From positions 1,709,222 to 1,773,221 of the forward strand of contig NMRA01000024.1 in NCBI GenBank assembly GCA_002633005.1: a stretch of DNA of 64,000 nucleotides, written 5' to 3'. How positions within the stretch are numbered: the first letter of the stretch is position 1; every line of letters begins with the position of its first letter. The position numbers were made by a program, and so were the translations under genes. Below, in pieces: positions 59,801 through 64,000 of this stretch. The notes below the pieces were generated by a model, which was not told where the DNA came from, ran no database searches, and worked only from the letters and a program-made list of their open reading frames with translations. The stretch is from Phoronis australis (Eukaryota; Animalia; Phoronida).

Positions 59801-62800
59801 ATAGGGGTAACTGTCGTTATTAATAACACTTTGGTCTTCACCTGTTACCAATGTTTGGTGTCCATTTCGTTGTAATAGACTTAAGTGTTGCCTGAATTTT
59901 AGTTGTACCCTTGGTTCTACTCAAGTATTAATGCTTTTGCCGTGATGACGCACAGTAACTCTAATGAATAGATCTGCCCATTTGTCAATTGTATTTACAA
60001 TTCGCTTGGACTAGACGTTTGTTATTTTGTTGCTTGTGCTTTCGCGTTGACGCTCACGCACTTCCTAATCCCGCCCAACAATTGCCCTAACGTACCAGGA
60101 AAGACGGCATGAATTAATCCAAAGGGCGTTCAATGGTGTTATTTGAATTCCTCTGGAGATGCCACATCCAGATGGAGATGAACAATGGTTCCCGTGACCC
60201 GATTTCTATCGGCGTACAGACAAGGATTTTTCAATTGATCTCCGAGTGGCAAATTGAAAACTGTTGATTTGTCGATTGTTTGAAAAGTTCATTAATACAG
60301 GTTTTTGTCTATTAACGCGGCATAACCGTACCTCAACGATACGCTGTGAACCTCGGATCACCAAAACGGATGACGAAGGATTTAAGACGAAAATAATGTA
60401 TGTGAACTAACGTTGTTTCCGTTTAATGCCACTATAAATTTTGGATGCAGCCCGGCACTCTGAAGGTTCTCAAGTCCTGACACCCAATGATACGGAAATG
60501 AAATGTTTTTAAAAAGACCCTATTTGGCCAAGTATTCACAACTCCGACAGAAAAGATAGCTAGTTAGATCAAAACTGGTTTCAAGATTTATGATACCAGA
60601 AACCTCAACAGCAGCGGAACAGAAAAACTTTAGTGACGGTAACCACTTCGTTTCCCTCCTTTCCAGAGGCACACCAGGCTCTTCGAAGAACTAGTGTTAA
60701 ACAGGCATGTGCTTCCAAATTACCAAATATTTTGCTCGAAATCGCCGTTCTAAACCGCGTGTCATGAAAGTTTGAACTTTTAGCTTTCGAACTAATGGGG
60801 TTTAGGACTTGTGTTGATCTTCGAATTTGAAGACTTAAAAACCGTGCATTTATACCTTAGGTCAAACCTTTCCTCATTTATAGTTTTCATTTGAAGACGT
60901 ATAGGTTTTACTACTTCGGACGGGTTGATTTCCTTGTAACCACATTGTAGATTTTTAGCGACTTGGCATTTCCTCGATCCACTGGATTTTAGCTGACTAG
61001 TATACCATTAGCATGCAGGATCTGACACTGAGAACAGTGACATGGTACGAAATGTGCTGCAGTACCATTTACACTAATGACACCAGAGACAAAAGGTATG
61101 ATGCTGCTAAGCTGTAAATCTCCTGGAAGTTAATTGTTTCGACTGCATGCGAGTTTAACATAGAAACGTAAAGCGAAACATCTACTCGCCAGTAATTCAG
61201 GTATCTCGTTTTTCATTTACGCTCTTTCGCACCTGGTTTCAGCTCACATTCTCTCAAAAATCATAGTATTAAGCAAAAGACAGAGCTCACTGAAAGTAAA
61301 ACAGCGGTCACAATAACAAGGTCGGTCGGATGTACTTAAATGCTAAATTTTGCAGAAGTGATCTAGGAAATACTCTTCATGTTCTAAAATATGATAACTT
61401 CATTTTCGTTTTGTGAACTGCGTTTAAATATTGGTATTTCAATGTTTTACATAGATGTAAACAGCTATTTCTGAGATGAATTTAAATATTCAAACTGAGA
61501 GAGAAATATAGAGACTTTTTTAGGATCATACAGGACCTGAACAAGCAGCAACCTGACCTCGCTACCACATATAGAGAACCTAAGATGTCGCCGATAACCG
61601 ACACAAAATAAAACCGGAGACGGAAAGGTAAAAAAGATCCGTAAGTTGCACTTCCGTGAGAGCGCACGCTGTGAGATGCTGTCTTTCCAGATTCATGAAG
61701 GACGATAGTGCTGATTAAATTATGTTATTGATAACATTTGGGTCTTGCATTTACAGCTCTCCACCGGTGACAACTGTGTGGTTTCCAGATTATTGTAATG
61801 GTTCTTAAGGGTTGACTGTAGTTTTGTTGTACTCTGGGTTGTACTCAAGTATTAGTGTTTGGATGTGATGACGCACATGTACTTCAAATGAATAGATCTC
61901 TATACATCCATCAAATCTATTACACTAGATAATTGTTGCAGGTCTTGGTGGTACAATTGTGCAGACGCTAGCGCTCTTTCTAATCCCGACTGACAATTGC
62001 ACTAACACACTAATACAAGCCCTAACATACTAAAACAAAGGCATGACTGAACCCAAATTACGTTCAAGACCCCAAAATGCATGCTGAATGGTGTTAATTG
62101 TATTCCTTTGCAGATTTCACAAGCAGAAGCAGTATTGAAAACAATTGATTTGTCGACTGTATGTAAATTTTATTAATACACGTTTTTATCTATTTACACG
62201 CCATACCCATACCCACGATACGTTGGGACCTACGGATATCCAAAACGGAAGAAATAAAGTAACGTTGCTTACGTTTCATACTGCATTAGTATATATAAGA
62301 CACAGCTCGATACTCTGAAGGTTCTCAAGTGTTATAACGCCTATAATACAACAAATTATATTTTTTTGAAAAGGTCCTGTCAAGCCAAAGGTTCACAAAT
62401 CCGACTGAAAGGAATGCTAGTTAGTTTGACAATCTATGAGACCAGATGAGTCATTGACAGGGGAGCAGCACACTTTTAGTACCAGGAAACTAAAAATGTA
62501 AATAAAAACAACAGCTCACTTACCATTGCCAAACTTTTTGGATCCTTTCGAGAGGCTTTGGCTCTTCCATGAAGTAGTTTCAAACAGGACATGGATGGAC
62601 TTCGAACACTTTTGAATGATTATTTAATCGTTTGTGTAGTATCTCCTGCATATATCAATCATAATATGTATGACCATAATCTTGTTCTGTTCTTGCTCTC
62701 AGCTGACGGTCTTTTTAAACTTCTTGCAGTATGTGGACACTATGGTTTACCACATGAACTTGAATATCACTATCAAGGGGGTACTGTTATGCATGTGTTT

Positions 62801-63265
62801 TAAAAGTTACTTGTTAGGTACTTCTATCAATATGGTGAACCTTTAAAGGCTGTGCAATAGATGGAACATTTGGTGATACCATATTATGGATGACTGTTAC
62901 ATCTCACGGTAACGGAGAAAACTATATGTTCAAGCCTTCTCAGTAATTAGAAAATACCGTATGTGTAGTTTACCTGTCAAGAATAAGTTGCTTATCTCTT
63001 TCTGTGTTCCAATGCATAGCACGCGCCGACTGGTGGAATTTGGACATGTTCAAAATCTCACATCTTTATGCGTTCAAGCGTTTTATGACTTTTTTTATAA
63101 ATTTGAAGGTACTCTGTGTACTGTTTTGAGGCTCATTATTGTAATTCGACCCTAAGAAAACGTATTTACCTGTTTTGATGTCACCTGTATGAAATTTCCA
63201 ATGTCATTGCCTGTGGTATGAATGAATGCGATCACAAGTTTCCTTCTACATTCGGCACACGTGAT

Positions 63266-63972
63266 CGTGCAGTTTGTAATAGGGTTTTCATTTTAAAAAA
63301 GTGTTAGTATTGGTTAACTTTTGTTCAATCTATCACAATGTTAATTACAAGCGTGAGTTTTACACGGTCAACTTTTGACGCTGTTTACATTTACTCAAAA
63401 TATATCTGCAATAAAAAGTATCGTATCCCGTCATAACCACATGTTTCTATCAAGTATCAACCAAGAAGTCGCCTGGGTTTATGTTGAAACAAAGCATGAA
63501 TGTGGAGGACTGGACGTTCAGGGTTCAACAAGAGGTGATTACCGTCAAATCCTTCGAAATGTGCGTTGGTTACTAAATAAATGCCACGCGAAGGATATTC
63601 CACTGGACGACATCAATAACACGTTTCTGTACACATTTATCAAAAAGATTCACGGAACAGCCATGACATTGCTTAATATACATAGCAGAATATCGGGCAA
63701 CGGACACAGCAAAGTACTAACCTATTTTGAAGTCTTTGCCTGTTTTTGAATAAATCCGATATCGCAATCACTTCTAAAATACGTACATCGTCGAGTAAGT
63801 CACTGTGTCCATACAACACGCAGTCGTGCAGTAATAGGGTTTATATTTTGAAATAGTTTTAGTATTAGTTAACTTTTGTTAAATCTATCACTATGCCTTA
63901 TTTTAAGCGTGAGTTTTACATGGCCCAAATTTAATGCTGTTGTCTTAAATTGATTCAAAATATTTCTGCAAT
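63266..63972. repeat. Diverged direct repeat, ~558-bp spacing, probably continuing past the window edge
   Basis: 63266-63412 and 63824-63972 share TCGTGCAGT..AATAGGGTTT...TTAGTATT.GTTAACTTTTGTT.AATCTATCAC...AAGCGTGAGTTTTACA...TCAAAATAT.TCTGCAAT. Confidence 0.8.
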
Positions 63973-64000
63973 CAACTTTGTTGTCCTCTTCCTACCCATG

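Larger units (their letters stand above)
49720..62600 (+). repeat. Decayed large tandem array, ~1.9-kb period, about 6-7 full or partial units, interrupted by HINE elements
   Basis: Same ordered markers recur: CTTACCCGATACATGAAGG-like (49773, 51604, 55422, 59779, 61683), GATGACGCACA-like (49976, 51751, 55610, 58158, 59944, 61867), TAATCCCG (51875, 55739, 58281, 60066, 61981), ATAACCAAAACGGA-like (52189, 56051, 58451, 60357, 62238), GCTGAC.AGTATACCAT-like (55155, 56923, 57792, 59129, 60992). Confidence 0.88.

Overview
Eukaryotic (animal, most plausibly molluscan/lophotrochozoan - inference from the repeat and gene content) AT-rich genomic DNA with spliceosomal GT-AG introns and four N gaps. 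Three genes could be assembled exon by exon with consistent splice phases: (1) an ERICH2-like (glutamate-rich protein 2) gene on the minus strand, ATG at 9362, 9 coding exons, running off the left edge; (2) a complete 17-exon CDC27/APC3 gene on the plus strand (10771-27776, 811 aa), head-to-head with gene 1; (3) a 4-exon DFPase/SMP-30-gluconolactonase-type beta-propeller gene on the minus strand (46297-40099) with a signal peptide and an in-frame TGA in exon 3. The rest is transposon-derived or tandemly repeated: a pogo-like transposase remnant with a PHD finger, a fold-back Kolobok/THAP derivative with ~310-bp inverted repeats, TTAA- and TA-flanked MITEs, nested Helentron-type HINE elements, minisatellites, a short insertion with a degenerate hammerhead-ribozyme-like motif, and a decayed ~1.9-kb-period tandem array (49.7-62.6 kb) whose units keep splice-site-like boundaries. 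No CRISPR array, rRNA or intact tRNA is present. I found no clearly new multi-gene system; the best leads are the secreted DFPase-like gene, the exon-like tandem array and several splice-site duplications.
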